Position numbers and translations under genes: made by a program | Source of the DNA: the human T2T-CHM13v2.0 reference genome, Homo sapiens | Strand: one strand, 5' to 3' | Assembly: GCF_009914755.1 (NCBI RefSeq) | Contig: NC_060927.1 | DNA: 64,000 nucleotides | Shown: positions 1-17,319 of the stretch, piece after piece | Layout of the letters: each line of letters begins with the position of its first letter | How positions within the stretch are numbered: position 1 is the stretch's first letter | Notes under the pieces: generated by a model | The model's database searches: none | What the model was told of the DNA's origin: nothing | What the model saw: only the letters and a program-made list of their open reading frames with translations

Positions 1-695
1 CTACAGCTTAATTCTGTGGGTTAGGGCTTGTTTCATCCCTGTGGGTGAACATTTGCTATGCTGAGCTCTTTGGTTTCTCTTCAGGGAACATATCTGTGGG
101 CTACACTCATAGTGAGGATGACTCAGGGCCTGCTGTGGCCTTGGAGAATGAGACCCTAAGAGAGAGAGTGTTCTTCGAAGCCCTATCACTAAAAAGTTGC
201 AAATGAGGATGACATTTGAATGGTACTGAATGAGATACAAGAAAAAGGAGTTTAGATAAAAGCTCTATCATTCAACTTCTTTTGTCCAGGAAGGCATAAA
301 CTTCTTCTATGCACTGCTCTGTAAAATTCTCTTACCATTTTAAGACTATTTTAATTGTAAAGAGGGTATCATAGGTTGAGTTAAAATTTGCTCCCCAGTA
401 AATTCAACCCATTGGTTTCTGATCCTTCAGAACCAACATGATGGAGCTGGTTCCCCAACAGAACATAATTTCTAAACCTCTCATCTAATCACTTGAGTTT
501 GAGATCCAAAGCTTTCATGGGAAAGTTATTTTAAACCCTCAAAGACCAGATATTGCCAATGTTAGTAAAACATGGAGAACAAAATAAAAGTGCCACTTTT
601 TTAAATAAGAAATCAGCCTGCATTCTGAATTTGATTAAGAAATCATAGAAAAAAGAAACTACAGATTAAAGATGCTTACATGGTAAACAAAACAC

Positions 696-859
696 TTTTT
701 TTTTTTTTTTTTGAGATGGAGTCTTGGTCTGTCACCCAGGCTGGAGTGCCATGGCACGATCTCAGCTCACTGCAACCTCAGGTTCAAGGGATTCTCCTGC
801 CTCAGCCTCCCGAGTAGCTGGGATTACAGACATGTGCCCCCACACCCAGCTAATTTTTT
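696..859 (-). mobile_element. Alu, right arm only (5'-truncated)
   Basis: T17 tail followed by reverse-complement Alu right monomer (gagatggagtct...ggctggagtgc...gctgggattacag...ctaattttt). Confidence 0.95.
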
Positions 860-1560
860 ACAGAATATTAATACACTAATACCAAATGAAATTTATTCAG
901 GAATATAAAGATGGATCACTAAAAATATCAATTACAATAATACAAAATAGTAATTTACCCAAAGAGGAAAATAATAAGATTTTATAATAAATGCATTTGA
1001 TAATGTCCAATACATATTTCTGATTTTATAATCTGATGAAAATAGAAGAAAAAGATTATTCTTCAACCTGACCGATGTACATTTTAAACTTACCAACATC
1101 ATATTTCAGATTTGAGTACTGGAAGAATTCTCATTCAAGTAAGAAGGTTGAGAAGAGTGTAAGATATTACTACTACCAGTTTTCATAGTCCTAAAACTTT
1201 GAAATTGATAAGAAAAGGGAAACAAGAACCATAAACATTTGTTAAAAAAGCCAAGGAAATTATCATTATTTACCAATAGTTTGGTAGCATATATGGAAAA
1301 CCTAAAAATGTCTAGTTGGAAAGATTAGAAATAGACAATTTCCAACAATTTCCAATATTCAGAAAAATAGTTAATTTCAAAATTATTATTTTTTTAGTAG
1401 TTTTGCACATGTCAAATATAAAGTAGAAAAATATAATGAAGGAGTTTCTATTAAAATATCAGGAAAACCATACAATGGCTAGAAATACACTCAAGAAGAA
1501 ATGTGTAACATCTACAAAAAGGAAACTCTAAAGCACTACCAAGGGAAAAACAATAAATAA
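860..1560 (+). mobile_element. Ancient L1M ORF2 fragment, highly degraded
   Basis: A-rich; atttattcaggaatataaagatgg, gcatttgataatgtccaata and tatatggaaaacctaaaa resemble the L1 RT region. Confidence 0.55.
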
Positions 1561-1789
1561 CATTTTAAAAACATGAACTACTTTAATGAAATAGAGCATA
1601 TATCAAAAATATATACCAACATTTGGATTAATAATCAAGATACATTCTGATGAATTTTCACACAATAAACATATCTACATAACCTCCAAATAAATAAATT
1701 TAACAGTTTTCTTTAGAGTTACATCTACATTATGAGACTGGTATTGTTTATTACACCTTGTGTGACATTGGAACCAAGATAGTATATGA

Positions 1790-3260
1790 AGCCTTACAAC
1801 CACCACACCAGTTATGACATAAAGTATTTCCAGCACTCCACAAAGTTCCCTCAATCCTCTTTACAAATAAATATCCTTCCTCTATTCCTAACTCCTGGTA
1901 ACTAATGATCTACTGCTGTCATTAGAATTCATATAAATCAAACCAGAGAATATTCATCTTCTGTCTAGCTTATTTTATTTGGCACAATGCCTTTGAAATC
2001 TGTTAATTTGTCCCGTATATCAATAATCAACTGACTTTTCCTACCTCGTAATATTGCATTGAATAGATATACCACTATTTTACAATTCTTCCATTATGTA
2101 TGGATATTTGGGTTATTTACAGTTTTGGGTCATTTTATATACAGCTGCTATGAACATCCAGGTAATGTCTTATGTGAATATGTTTTTATTTTTCTTAGGC
2201 CTAATGCAATTTTAACACTAACTACCCAGAATCAGGTCAAACTTCACAGATTAAGGGCACAGTCCTTGACAAGACTGCACTCACTTTAGGAACAAATTAG
2301 AGGATTCCCAAAAAGTGTGGTTTACCTACACTTTTGACCAACTGACTATAAATTTAGGGTTTCTACTACCACCCCTCATGTTGAGTAATTACGTAGAATG
2401 ACTCACAGAGCTCAAGAAATCACTATACTTATACTTTTATTATAGCAAAAGGATATGAATAAGAACAAGCCAAGGAAAAATCATATAAGGCAAGGTCTGG
2501 AAGAGTCCCAAACGTGAACTTTCCATGTCCCCAGATGCATTACCTTCCCGGGGCCTCAGTGTGTTTCACCAACCATTGATGGTAATTTCAGGTGTCCAGG
2601 TGACATGTGAGCTTCGGGTGTTCAGAATTTTTAGTGGGGTTTCAGTAAGTAGGCATGATTGACTGAATCCTTGGTTATATAATTGAATTCAATCTTCAGG
2701 CTCCCTTCATCCCTAGAGGTTGGGAGTTTGAGCTTATATCACATAGCTCCAAACCCTGAAAGCTCTAATCACATGGTTGGTCTTTCCAGCATAACTAGCC
2801 CCTATTGTGCAACCATCTAGGACCCACGATAAGTCACTTCATTAGCATAATCTCAAGAAGTGTGGTCTGAGAGTCCTACCCTGAAAAACAAAGATACTCC
2901 TGCCACTAGGACATTCTCAGGATTTAGAGGCTCCTTCCTTGAAACTAGGGACAAAAGCTAGACAAAACTAGTAAATATGTAGGAATGGAATTGTATGTTC
3001 TATTTTATATGAAACTGACTAATTCTTTTCCAAAGTGCCTGTAAAATTTTGATAAGTAATACATGAGAGTTCTAATTGTTTGTTATCTTTGCTATTATTT
3101 TGTACTGTCAGTCTTTAAAATTTAGTCATTTTATTTGGTTTACATTGGTATCACATAATGAATTTCCCTAATGATTTGAATTTCCCTAATGATTAATAAT
3201 TTTGAAACTGTTTGATATTTTTACAGTTCTTGGGTCTCCTTTAGTGAGGCGTCTCTTAAG
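1790..3260 (-). mobile_element. Old L1M (MC/ME-type) 3' fragment, split by a MER21 LTR
   Basis: Antisense L1M 3' motifs (gctgctatgaacatcc, gagagttctaattg, gaatttccctaatga); continuity across 2200/2970. Confidence 0.7.
2205..2968 (-). mobile_element. MER21-family ERVL LTR
   Basis: ttaagggcacagtcc...caagactgc; ctctaatcacatggttggt; ends gatttagaggctcc...agggacaaaag, the reverse complement of the MER21 5' end. Confidence 0.8.
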
Positions 3261-3482
3261 GTTTTGCCTTTTTTAAAAATTATACTATAAGTCCTGGGAT
3301 ACATGTGCAGAATGTGCAGGTTTGTTACATAGGTATACATGTGCCATGGTGGTTTGCTCCACCCATCAACCTATCATCCACATTAGGTATTTCTCCAATT
3401 CCTTTCCCTCCCCTGGCCTCCCAACCCCTGACAGGCCCCAGTGTGTGATGTTCCCCTTCCTGTGCCCATGTGTTCTCATTGT

Positions 3483-7294
<3,812 letters not shown>

Positions 7295-7357
7295 TATGAT
7301 GCTATCTGGTTATTTTGCCCATTAGTTGATGCAGTTTCTTCATAGTGTTGATGGTAT

Positions 7358-8373
7358 TTACATTTTGGTTTGTTTTTGCAGTGGCTGGTAATGGTTTTTC
7401 CTTTCCATATTTAGTGCTTCCTTCAGGAGCTCTTGTAAGGCAGGTCTGGTGGTACCAAAATCCCTCAGCATTTCCTTGTTTGTATTTCTTCTTCACTTAT
7501 GAAGCTTAGTTTGGCTGAATATGAAATTCTGGGTTGAAAATTCTTTTCTTCAAGGATTTTGAATATTGGCCCCCACTCTCTTCTGGCTTGTAGGGTTTCT
7601 GGAGAGAGATCCGCTGTTAGTCTGATGGGCTTCCCTTTGTGGTTAACCTGATCTTTCTCTCTGGCTGCCCATAACAATTTTCCTTCATTTCCACCTTGGT
7701 GAATCTGATGATTATGTCTCTTGGGGTTGCTCTTCTAAAGGAATATCTTTGTGGTGTTCTTTGTATTTCCTGACTTTGAACGTTGGCCTGTCTTTCTAGG
7801 TTGGGGAAGATCTCATGGATAATATCCTGAAGTGTGTTTTCCAACTTGGTTCCTTTCTCCCCATCACTTTCAGGTACAGCAATCAAACATATGTTTGTTC
7901 TTTTCATGTAGTCTCATATTTCTTGGAGGCTTTGTTCGTTCCTTTTTATGTTTTTTTGCTCTAATCTTGTCTTCATGCTTTATTTGATTAAGTTGAGCTT
8001 CAAACTCTGATATCCTTTCTTCCGCTTGATTGATTCGGCTATGGATACTTGTGTATGCTTCACGAAGTTCTTGTGCTGTGTTTTTCAGCTCCATCAGGTC
8101 ATTTATGTTCTTCTCTAAACTGGTAATTCTAGGTAGCAATTCCTCTAACCTTTTATCAAGGTTCTTAGCTTCCTTGCATTGGGTTAGAACATGCTCCTTT
8201 AGCTCAGTGGAGTTTGTTATCACCCACCTTCTGAAGCCTACTTCTGTCAATTCATCAAACTCATTCTCTGTCCTGTTTTGTTCCCTTGTTGGTGAGGAGT
8301 TGTGATCTTCTGGAGGAGAAGAGGCATTCTGGTTTTTGGAATTTTCAGCCTTATTGCGCTGGTTTTTCCTCAC
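7358..8373 (-). pseudogene. L1 ORF1, disrupted
   Basis: RITSLEKNINDLMELKNTAQELRE, ENTLQDIIHEIFPNL and KGKPIRLTADLS split over three frames. Confidence 0.95.
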
Positions 8374-9000
8374 CTCCGTGGATTTAGCTACCTTTGGTCT
8401 TTGATGTTGGTGACCTTTGGGTGAGGTTTTGTGTGGACATCCTTTTTGTTGATGTTGATACTATTCCTTCCTGTTTGTTAGTTTTCCTTCTGACTGTCAG
8501 GCTTCTCTTCTGCAGGTCTGCTGGAGTTTGCTGGGGATCCACCCCAGACTCTGTTTGTCTGCATATCGCCAGTGGAGGCTACAGAATAGCAAAGATTGCT
8601 GCCTGCTCCTTCCTCTGGAAGCTTCGTCCCAGAGGGGGACCTGCCAGATGCCAGCTGGAGCTGTTTTGTATAAGGTGTCTGTCGACCTCTGCTGGGAGGT
8701 GTCTCCTTGTCAGGAGGCACGGGGGTCAGGGACCCACTTGAGGAGGCAGTCTGTCCCTTAGCAGAGGTTGAGCACTGTGCTGGGAGATCTGCTAGATCTG
8801 CTGCTCTCTTCAGAGCTGGCAGGCAGGAACGTTTAATTCTGCTGAAGCTGTGCCCACACCCCAAACTTTTGCCTTTTTAAGAATTAGTTATCTGATAGAT
8901 TTTTTTAACAATTGTTTTATATTTTTATTATTTACATAACAACTGTATTGAGATATGAGTTACGTACCATATAATTCACCAATTTAAAATATATGGTTTT

Positions 9001-9230
9001 AATGAGAACACATGGACACATGGAGGGAACAACACACACTGGGGCCTGTAGGGTGGTAGGGTGGGGGGATGGAGAGCATCAGGATAAATAGCTAATGCAT
9101 GCTGGGATTAATACCTAGGTGATAGGTTGATAGGTGCAGGAAACCATGGCACTTGTTTACCTATGTAGCAAGCCTGCACATCCTGCACATGTAACCTGGA
9201 ACTTAAAATAAAATTAAAATTAAAAAAAAT
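9001..9230 (+). mobile_element. Short older-L1PA 3' end
   Basis: aatgagaacacatggacac...aatagctaatgcatgctggg...cctggaacttaaaataaaa; degenerate TSD taaaatatatggttt / taaagtgtatgttt. Confidence 0.85.
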
Positions 9231-9285
9231 AAAGTGTATGTTTCAATGGTTTTTAAAATAATCAAAGCTGTGCAACCATCACTAC

Positions 9286-9702
9286 TATTAGGGATCGAAT
9301 TGTTTCTTCCAAAATTCAAATGGTGAACTCTTAACCTCCAGTATCTCAAATGTGCCCTTATTTGGAAATAGTCTTTACAGAGATAATCAAGTTAAAGTGA
9401 GGTAATTAGAGTGGGCCCTAATCCAATATAACTGGTGTTCTTACAAAAAGGGAAAATTTGAACACAGATAAATTCATAGATGGAAGAAGATATGAAGGGA
9501 CCAAGGGAAAAAATGGACCTCAACAAGCCAAGGATGGAGGCCTAGAACAGATTTTTCCATCAGAGAACTTCAGAAGGATCTAGCCCTACTGACACATTGA
9601 TCTAAGAGTTCTGGCCTTCAGAATTATCAGACAATAATTTTCTGTTGTTTAAGCCATCCAGTATGTGGTACATTTTTACAGCAGCCCTAACAAACTCATA
9701 TA
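9286..9702 (+). mobile_element. MLT1B-like MaLR solo LTR
   Basis: ttatttggaaatag...gtgggccctaatccaat...gcagccctaacaaactcatata; 5-bp TSD actac/tctac. Confidence 0.85.
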
Positions 9703-10293
9703 TCTACAATTATTTTGTAACATTTGTATGCTCCCTCCCCAAAATACCATATACCCATTAGCTGTCACTCCAGATTTTCCCCCAAACCCTCTTACCCTGA
9801 GACACAGACAACTTTCCATCTACTTTCTGTCTCTGTAGATTTGCTTATTCTGAAAATGTTCATGTTGAAATTATTGAGAACTGCCCAAATGTTCTCCACA
9901 TTGGCTGCACCACTTGATATTTCTAACAGCTATGTATGATAGTTCCAATTTTTTCACTTCCTCACCAATGCTTGTTATATCCATCTCTTTGATTATAGTC
10001 ATCCTAGTGTGTGTGAAGTAGGATCTCCTTGTTAACTTGCATTTCCCTGAAGGTTAATAATGATGAGTATCTTCTCATGTGCTTTTTGATCGTATTTATA
10101 TTGTTTTTGAAGACATGTCTACTCTACATTAAATTGCCTTTTCACCTCTGCTGAGAATCAATTTACCAAATGTGTGTGGGATTATTACTGAACTCATTCT
10201 TCTGTTCCATTAATCTATTTGTGTATTTCAATGCAATGACTGCATGGCCTTTACCTAGTTGTTGATTTGATGCCAATACAACACCTACTTGAT

Positions 10294-10449
10294 GAGGGCC
10301 AAGATTAAAGTGAGGCAATAGGCTGCCCAGGGCACAACATTTAAGGAGGTATTCACTCTCAGGTTTGAGCAGGTGCCAGCATATGGATGAACCCTCCTTC
10401 AAATGTTGTGCCATAGGCAGCTTGCCTGCCTCATCTAACCTTGGCCCTG
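10294..10449. mobile_element. MER96-like palindromic non-autonomous hAT DNA transposon (MITE)
   Basis: Termini gagggccaag / cttggccctg; internal inverted arms ggcacaacatttaaggagg / cctccttcaaatgttgtgcc; flanks acttgat / gcttgac. Confidence 0.75.
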
Positions 10450-11314
10450 GCTTGACTGCTGTAGATTCTAAAAGCTTGAAGTCCTCCAACTTTGTGCTTC
10501 TTTTTCAAATTTGTTTTGGTTTCTCTGAGTCCTTTAAATTTCCATATAAATTTTAGAAAAAGCTTGTCAATTTTTAAAACAAAATACCTGCTGGGATTTT
10601 GAATGGGATTATATTGACTCTACAGATTAATTTGGGGAAAATGGACATTTTAACAATATCCCATCATCTGATTTGTGAATTTAGGTCTTCTTACTTTAGA
10701 TATACAAGTGTACAGATGTTGATTTTTAGTATATTGATCTGAATTCTACAACCTGAATAAATTCATTTATTACTTATAGTAGGTTTTTTGAGGATTTTTA
10801 TGGTGAATTCAATAGGACTTTCTACACTGACAATAGGGTCATGAAAAAAACTTTTTAAAAATAGTTTTACCTCCTCTTTCCAAACGTGAATGCCATTTAT
10901 TTATTTATTTATTTATTTATTTTCTGTATTGCACTAACTGGAGCTACCTTAATCCTGTTGAATAGAAATGGTGAAAGCAGAAATATTTATCTTGTTTCTA
11001 ATCTTCAGGGAAGAATATTTAATTTTTCACTATTAATTATGATTTTAGCTGTAGTTTTTCATAGGTGTACTTTATTTGGTTCAAAAACAAGTATCTCTAA
11101 GTCTTAGTCTGCTGAGTGCTTTTATCAAGAATGAATGTTGGATAATGTTCATAGATTTTTTTTCTATATCTCTTGAGATACCATATGGTTTCCTTTTTAA
11201 AAAAATATTAATAGGATAAATTACTTTGATTTATTTTTAATGTTAAACACCATTTGTATTCCTTGGCTAATTGCCTTGGTCAAGATGTATTATCTTTCAA
11301 AATGCTTTTTGATA

Positions 11315-12866
11315 AAACTAAAAAAGAGTCCAAGAGCTAAAGGAATCCTAAATAAGAAGAACAAAGCTGGAGACATCACATTACCTGGCTTCAAACTATA
11401 CTATAAGGCTATAATAACCGAAACAGTATGGTACTGGTACAAAAACAGACACATAGACCAGTGGAACAGAATAGAGAACCCAGAAGTAAGCTGAAACCAA
11501 TCTGGTCTTCAACAAAGTCAACAAAAATAAGCAAAGGAGAAAACACTTTCTGTTTAATAAACAGTACTGGAATAACTGGCAAGCCATATGTAGAAGAATG
11601 AAACCAGGCCCCTACTTTTCACTGTGTACAAATATCAACTCAAGATGGATTAAATAATTAAAGAAAAGACCTCAAATTGTAAAAGTTCTAGAAAAAAAAC
11701 TAGGAAATACCCTTCTGAACATTGACCTTGGCAAAAAAATTATGACTAAGTCCTCAAAAAAATAGCAACAAAACCAAAAATTAGTAAGTGGGACCTAATT
11801 AAACTAAAGAGATTCTGCACAGCAAAAGAAACTATCAACAGAGTAAACAGACAACCCAAAGAATGAGAGAAAATCTTTGCAAACTTTGTATCTGACAAAG
11901 GTCTCATATCCAGAATCTACAAGGAACTTAATTCAATACTTAAAAAAAAATGACCCCATTAAAAAGTGAGCACAGGACATTAATAAACACTTCTTCAAAG
12001 ATGACATACAAGTAATCAACAAACATGAAAAAATGCTCAACATCACTAATCATCAGAAATGCGGTTCAAAACCACAGTGAAATACCGTCTCACACCAGTC
12101 AGAATGACTATTATTAAAAAAAAAAAAACCAAAAAATGACAGGTGCTGACAAGAATATGACAAAAAGAGAATGCTTATATACTGTTGGTGGGAATGTAAA
12201 TAAGAGTTGCTGGCAATGCTGCGGAGAAAAGGAAATGCTTGTATACTGTTGGTGGGAGTATACTGTTGGCTGGAATGTAAAGTTCAGCCACTGTGCAGAG
12301 CAGTTTAGAGATTTATTAAAGAACTAAAACCAGAAATATTATTCAACCCAGCAGTCCTATTACTGGGTATACCCAAAAGAAAATAAATCTTTCTACAAAA
12401 TACACATGCATTCACATATTCATCACAGCACTATTCACAATAGCAAAGACAGAAAATCAGCCCAGATGCCCATCAATGGGGGATTGAATAAAGAAAACGT
12501 GATAATTATACACCATGAAATACTACACAGCCTTAAAAAAGCACAAAATCATGTCCTTTGCAGCCACAATGTGAATGCAGCTGGAGGCCATCATCCTATG
12601 CGAATTAACATAGGAACAGAAAACCAAACACCACGTTATCACTTATAAATGGCAACTAGACATTAGGTACCTATAGACATAAAGACGAGAAAAATAGACA
12701 CTGAGAACTACTGGGGGGTGGGCAAAGAGGGTAAGGGCTAAAAAACAACCTATTGGGTACTATGTTCATTACCTGAATGATGGGATAATTTGTATAACAA
12801 ACCTACCCGTGTACTCCCTGAATCTAAAATAAAAGTTGAAATTATTAGAAATTAAAAAAAATAAAT
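11315..12866 (+). mobile_element. L1PB4-like 3' fragment (end of ORF2 plus 3' UTR)
   Basis: [37 protein letters not shown]; ends ccctgaatctaaaataaaagttgaaattatt plus A tail. Confidence 0.9.
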
Positions 12867-12869
12867 GAA

Positions 12870-13520
12870 TACAATATTTTCTGAACATGATTTAAGTTTG
12901 CAAAGTTAAATTTGTATCTGTGTTTATGACATAATTTGTTTGTAGTTTTATTTTCTTATTATGATAATGCTGGCCCTTAATATAAATTGGCATGTATCTA
13001 TTTTTTTATGCAATAGAAAAATTTTAGTGAGTTTATATTATTCTTTTTTCCTTAAATGTTTGACAGCATTATAAACAAAGCCATCTTGTCCTAGAACTTT
13101 CTGTGGCTCACAGTTTTGAGTTCAGCTGAATATTGTAGGGGCACTCCCTCTGAAAATCACAAGAGTTCTCTTTATATGTAGTTCTCTTTTCTCAAGAACT
13201 CTTCTCTAAAATGCTGCCCCCAAAATCCCAGCTGCCTGGGCTTCTCTGATTCTTGGAACCCTCAGTTCCATTCAAAGAATCACCAGGTTCTGCCTGAGTT
13301 CGTCTTCCTTGTTCTGTGGCTTTGAACTTCTCTCCACCCAGTAAGACAGTAAATCACAGGGCTCGCATGTTTGTTTCCTATCTCTCATGGATCACTGTCT
13401 CTTCTTGACTGATACCAATATCCCAACTGTTGTCTCATATATGTTGGCTGGTTTTTAGTTGTTTTAAAAATGAGGGTTTCTTTGGTCCATGTTTTTTAAT
13501 CTTGGCTAGAAATAGAAGTA
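12870..13520 (-). mobile_element. Old L1M fragments including a probable 5' terminus
   Basis: Host L1 resumes after 12866; 13120-13520 ends atcttggctagaaatagaagt, like L1M 5' ends. Confidence 0.55.
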
Positions 13521-13777
13521 TAAAATATGCTATTAAGTTAAAAAAGCAGCATCCAAACTATGTATATAGTATATATATACAATATACATATATCTATATG
13601 GAGAAAAAAGCTTAAAAGTTCAGCACCAAAATGTTTGTGATATTTGTTTTCAAGTATCAACTTTGCATATTTTCCCTTTTTTACTATTTTCTAAAGTTTT
13701 TTATGGAGACTATGTATTGATTCCATAAGAAAAATAAACCATCAATGTTACAGTAATAGAAAAATAGAATTAAATTA

Positions 13778-13990
13778 GGCACCTAGAAATGAACACAATT
13801 TCGAATATGGAATTTTCAGTGAAGGATAATGTAGGACAATTATTTTTCCCATTTATTCATATTTCTATGAATGGAAGCCTGAGATTGTGTCTAATTTTTT
13901 AATAGCAAAAATATTTCATCATTGACTTATTTGGAGCTCACAGTCAACAAAAACTCCCATATCTTTTCTAAGGAATTGCTTTCCAGCCCA
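13778..13990 (-). mobile_element. L3/CR1 LINE fragment
   Basis: ggcacctagaaatgaacacaa...gcctgagattg...gtcaacaaaaactccc...ggaattgctttccagcc resembles antisense CR1/L3. Confidence 0.6.
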
Positions 13991-14303
13991 TTGTTTTTTT
14001 TTGGTTTTTTTTTTTTTTTTTGCTCTCATTCCTTTTTATTATTCGAGAAAATTTTAAGCATCTTCTATACAATTACCACATTACAATCATTTGATAAAAA
14101 TAAAATCCAATTAAAATGAAACAACATATGCCTGCACATAAAGAGCCAAATAATTACAAAATTAATTAACCTTGCTCTACATACTTCTCTATAGTGACAA
14201 TTACTTTCATACATTTTAGCCGATTCTTTAGATATTGCCTCCATATTAAAACACCCACACAATTATATTGCTTTTTGATTTTATAGTTTTAGCGATTACT
14301 TAC

Positions 14304-14980
14304 TGTGGGAAGCAGAATTCCTATATGGCACTCATGATTCCTGACCCCTAGCATCCACACCCTTGTGTGTCCCCTTTCCTTTTGAGTTGGGAGGGATGTG
14401 GAACTTGCTTCTAACCAACAGAATATGGCAAGGTTTATGGAACATCACTCCTTGAGTTTGTTACATTATATGGCAAAAGTGAGGGGATTTTGCAGATGTA
14501 ATTAACGCTCCTATTGAGTGATCCTTGTTATCCAAAAGGAAGATTGTCCTAGGTGGGCCTGGCCTAATCAGAAAGGCCTTTTAAAGGAAAGTCTAGAAGC
14601 AAGTGACTGGAGCACTTCTCTCTCTCTCTCTCTTCGTGTGTGTGTGTGTGTGTGTGTGTATTATGTGCATGCATGCTGGATTTGAAAAATCAAGTTGTCT
14701 TGAATTCTGTAGCTGCAAGAACATGAATTCTGTCAACAACTTGAGGGATCTTAGAAGTGGATCCTTCCATTCTCATTCTTTAGATAAGAATGCATCACAG
14801 TGAATATCTTGATTGCAGCTTTGCGAGACTCTGAGCAGAGGTCCCAGCTTAGTTTCTAACTTCTGACAGAAACTACACAATAATAAATAGGTGTCATGGT
14901 ATTTTTGTTGAGAAATTTGGTAAGTTATGCAAAAATGGCAGGTGTGTGGTAATTTCATATGCAACAACAGAAAACTACTT
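14304..14980 (+). mobile_element. MLT1E-like MaLR solo LTR with internal (CT)n(GT)n at about 14617-14659
   Basis: acttgcttctaaccaacagaatatggcaagg; gattttgcagatgtaattaa; end caacagaaaacta. Confidence 0.85.
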
Positions 14981-15229
14981 CCTTTACGAAATAGCTATCT
15001 TTCACCCTTCATTACCACTTCCATCACTGCTCCCACCACCACATAGAAACACTCCTAATCCTCCTATCCTTTGAAGATAGATGTGTGTTAATTTGGGAGT
15101 AGATCAGTATTAGTGTTTATATAATATTGATTATGAAATATTATTTATAACTAAACCATGGAACACAGTATGTTCTTTAATACTTGTCATAGTTTTGCTT
15201 CCTTAGTTTTTAATGTAGTAGTTGCTAAT

Positions 15230-16130
15230 TCAGCCTGAAACTCTCCTCCAATTTGTTTAAATATTCTCTCAAAATAGTTACATACATTAGATATTTTAAT
15301 AGTTTCTTCTGTTTGAAGAAATATCTTCTAGATCCCTGTGACTGCTTTAACCTGGACTAAGTGACTTCTGTTTGCCTGATGCTATCTTCTGTGGATCACT
15401 TCACTTCATTTCCTGAATTAAATGTCTTTCTTTTTTGTTTCTTTATGCCCTAGTTTTGATATAGCAAGTCTGCCACTAACTTCCTGAGAAAAAATATCTG
15501 GAAAGTTTTTTTGTTTGTCTTTTTAAAAAAGCTTATGTGTCAGAAAATATTTTATCTACACTTAACTGACGATTTGGCTGAGATTAGAATTCCAAGCTGA
15601 AAATCATTTTCTCCTCAAAATTTTGAAGTAATCATAGCAATATCTTCTCACTTCTGGTATTACCGTTGTGAAGTTAACTTTGTTCAAATTGTCACATTTT
15701 TATATAAATTCCATTTTGGTTGCCAGTGTAAAAGCTTTTTAAATCTTCTCTTTGTCATTGGTGTTCACTCATTGTGTAGGAACTTGCTGTATGCTTTCAA
15801 TCAGAGCACATGCTAAACAATTCTGGGAAATTTTCCTGATGTCTTCTTTTGATAATTTTCTCTTTTTTGATTCTCTCTTCTCTGGAACTCCTATTTGGAC
15901 ATTAAGATGTGATAAATTTTTTTTTTAACCTTTCCCATCTTCTTTTATTTCTTGTACTCTTACCTTTCTTTCTGGCAACTTTTCTTCACCGTTATTTTCC
16001 AAGCTTGGGCTTTGTGATTCATTTACCAAATACTTAATTCTTAGAAACTCCTTCTGTGTTCTCTGAATTCTTTTTTTAGAGCATCCTGTTCTTGTGTTGT
16101 GGTCTTCATTACTTTCAATATATATATTTT
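15230..16130 (-). mobile_element. HAL1/old L1 ORF1-like fragment
   Basis: ttcctgagaaa...tttggctgagattagaattc...ttttgaag...ttctgggaaattttcc. Confidence 0.55.
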
Positions 16131-16721
16131 TAATTTATGTTCATAGGTTGATTTTGCTGAAGTTCCAGAATTCTAACCACTCATCTCAAAAAGACTGGTA
16201 TTATCATACACCATCCATTCTCTCCCTTTGGGATTAGAACTGTACTATGTATCACATTAGGGGCATTCTCCTAAAATGATGATGACCAGTAAGCCAACCT
16301 GCTTTTAGAGGAGACTACAGCTTAATTTTTTATTTCATGACTTATTCACAAGATAGATGACCTGGTACAAACTGTTTTCAAGGTAGCAAAAACTGTTCTG
16401 CCCAGGGTAACCTACATTAATTTTTCCTCATAATCTAACCCCTTCCAGGCTAGTGAGTCTGTTTCCAGATTTAACCCTCTTCATTGGACCATATTGCTGG
16501 CAGTACCAGCAAGGCATGTACCTGAATCTGGCCTTGTTAAGACTAATGAAGAAGTTGAATCTCTGTAGAACAGCTAGAAACTTTCCTTTAAAAACAGACT
16601 AATTATTTTTTCAACACTTTTTGGAAATGAACATGCTTGTTTGTTGACTTAAAATCTTAATAATTATAAAGAATTCTAAAATTAAAATAAAATAACAGTG
16701 AACTCAGGTTCAGGTAAATTT

Positions 16722-17300
16722 TCTTTTTTAAAAATTTATTTTAGGTTCAGTGGTACATGTGCAGGTTTGTTACATAGGTAAACTCACATCATGGGGGTTT
16801 GTTGAACAGATTATTTCTTCACCCAGGTACTAAGCCTACTACCCAACAGTTATTTTTTTCTGATTCTCCCTCCTCTCATCTTTACCCTTAAGTAGGCCCC
16901 AATTTCTCTTGTTCCCATCTTTGTGTCCATGAGTTCTCCTCATTTAGTTTCCATTTATAAGTGAGAACACGTGCTATTTGGTTTCCTGTTCCTGCATTAG
17001 TTTGCTAAGGATAATGGCCTCCAGGTCCATCCATATTCCTGAGAAAGACATGATTGTATTTTTTTATGGCTGCATGGTATTCTATGGTGTAAATGTACCA
17101 TATTTTCTTTATGCAGTCTAACATTGATGGGCATTTAGGTTGATTCCATGTCTTTGCTATTGTAAATAGTGCTGCAATGAACGTATGTGTGCATGTGTCT
17201 TTATGATAGAATGATTTATATTCCTTTGTGGATATACCCAGCAATGGGATTGCTCTTTGAGGAATCACCACCCTGCTTTTCACAGTGGTTGAACTAATTT
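16722..17300 (-). mobile_element. L1PA13-16-like 3' fragment
   Basis: ggtacatgtgcaggtttgttacataggtaaactc...cagattattt; ORF fragment FIAALFTIAKTWNQPKCPS. Confidence 0.9.
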
Positions 17301-17319
17301 TTTAGTTTTTTGTTTTTTG

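Larger units (their letters stand above)
8935..11310 (-). mobile_element. L1MB/L1M 3' UTR-ORF2 fragment with nested insertions
   Basis: tattgagatat...aattcacc, gtgcaaccatcact, gacattttaacaatat; interrupted at 9001, 9286 and 10294. Confidence 0.75.

Noticed and set aside
711-908. Alu-derived ORFs (also 20772-21113, 36892-37137, 41812-42015)
   Set aside because: Typical Alu translations ([23 protein letters not shown]); not genes
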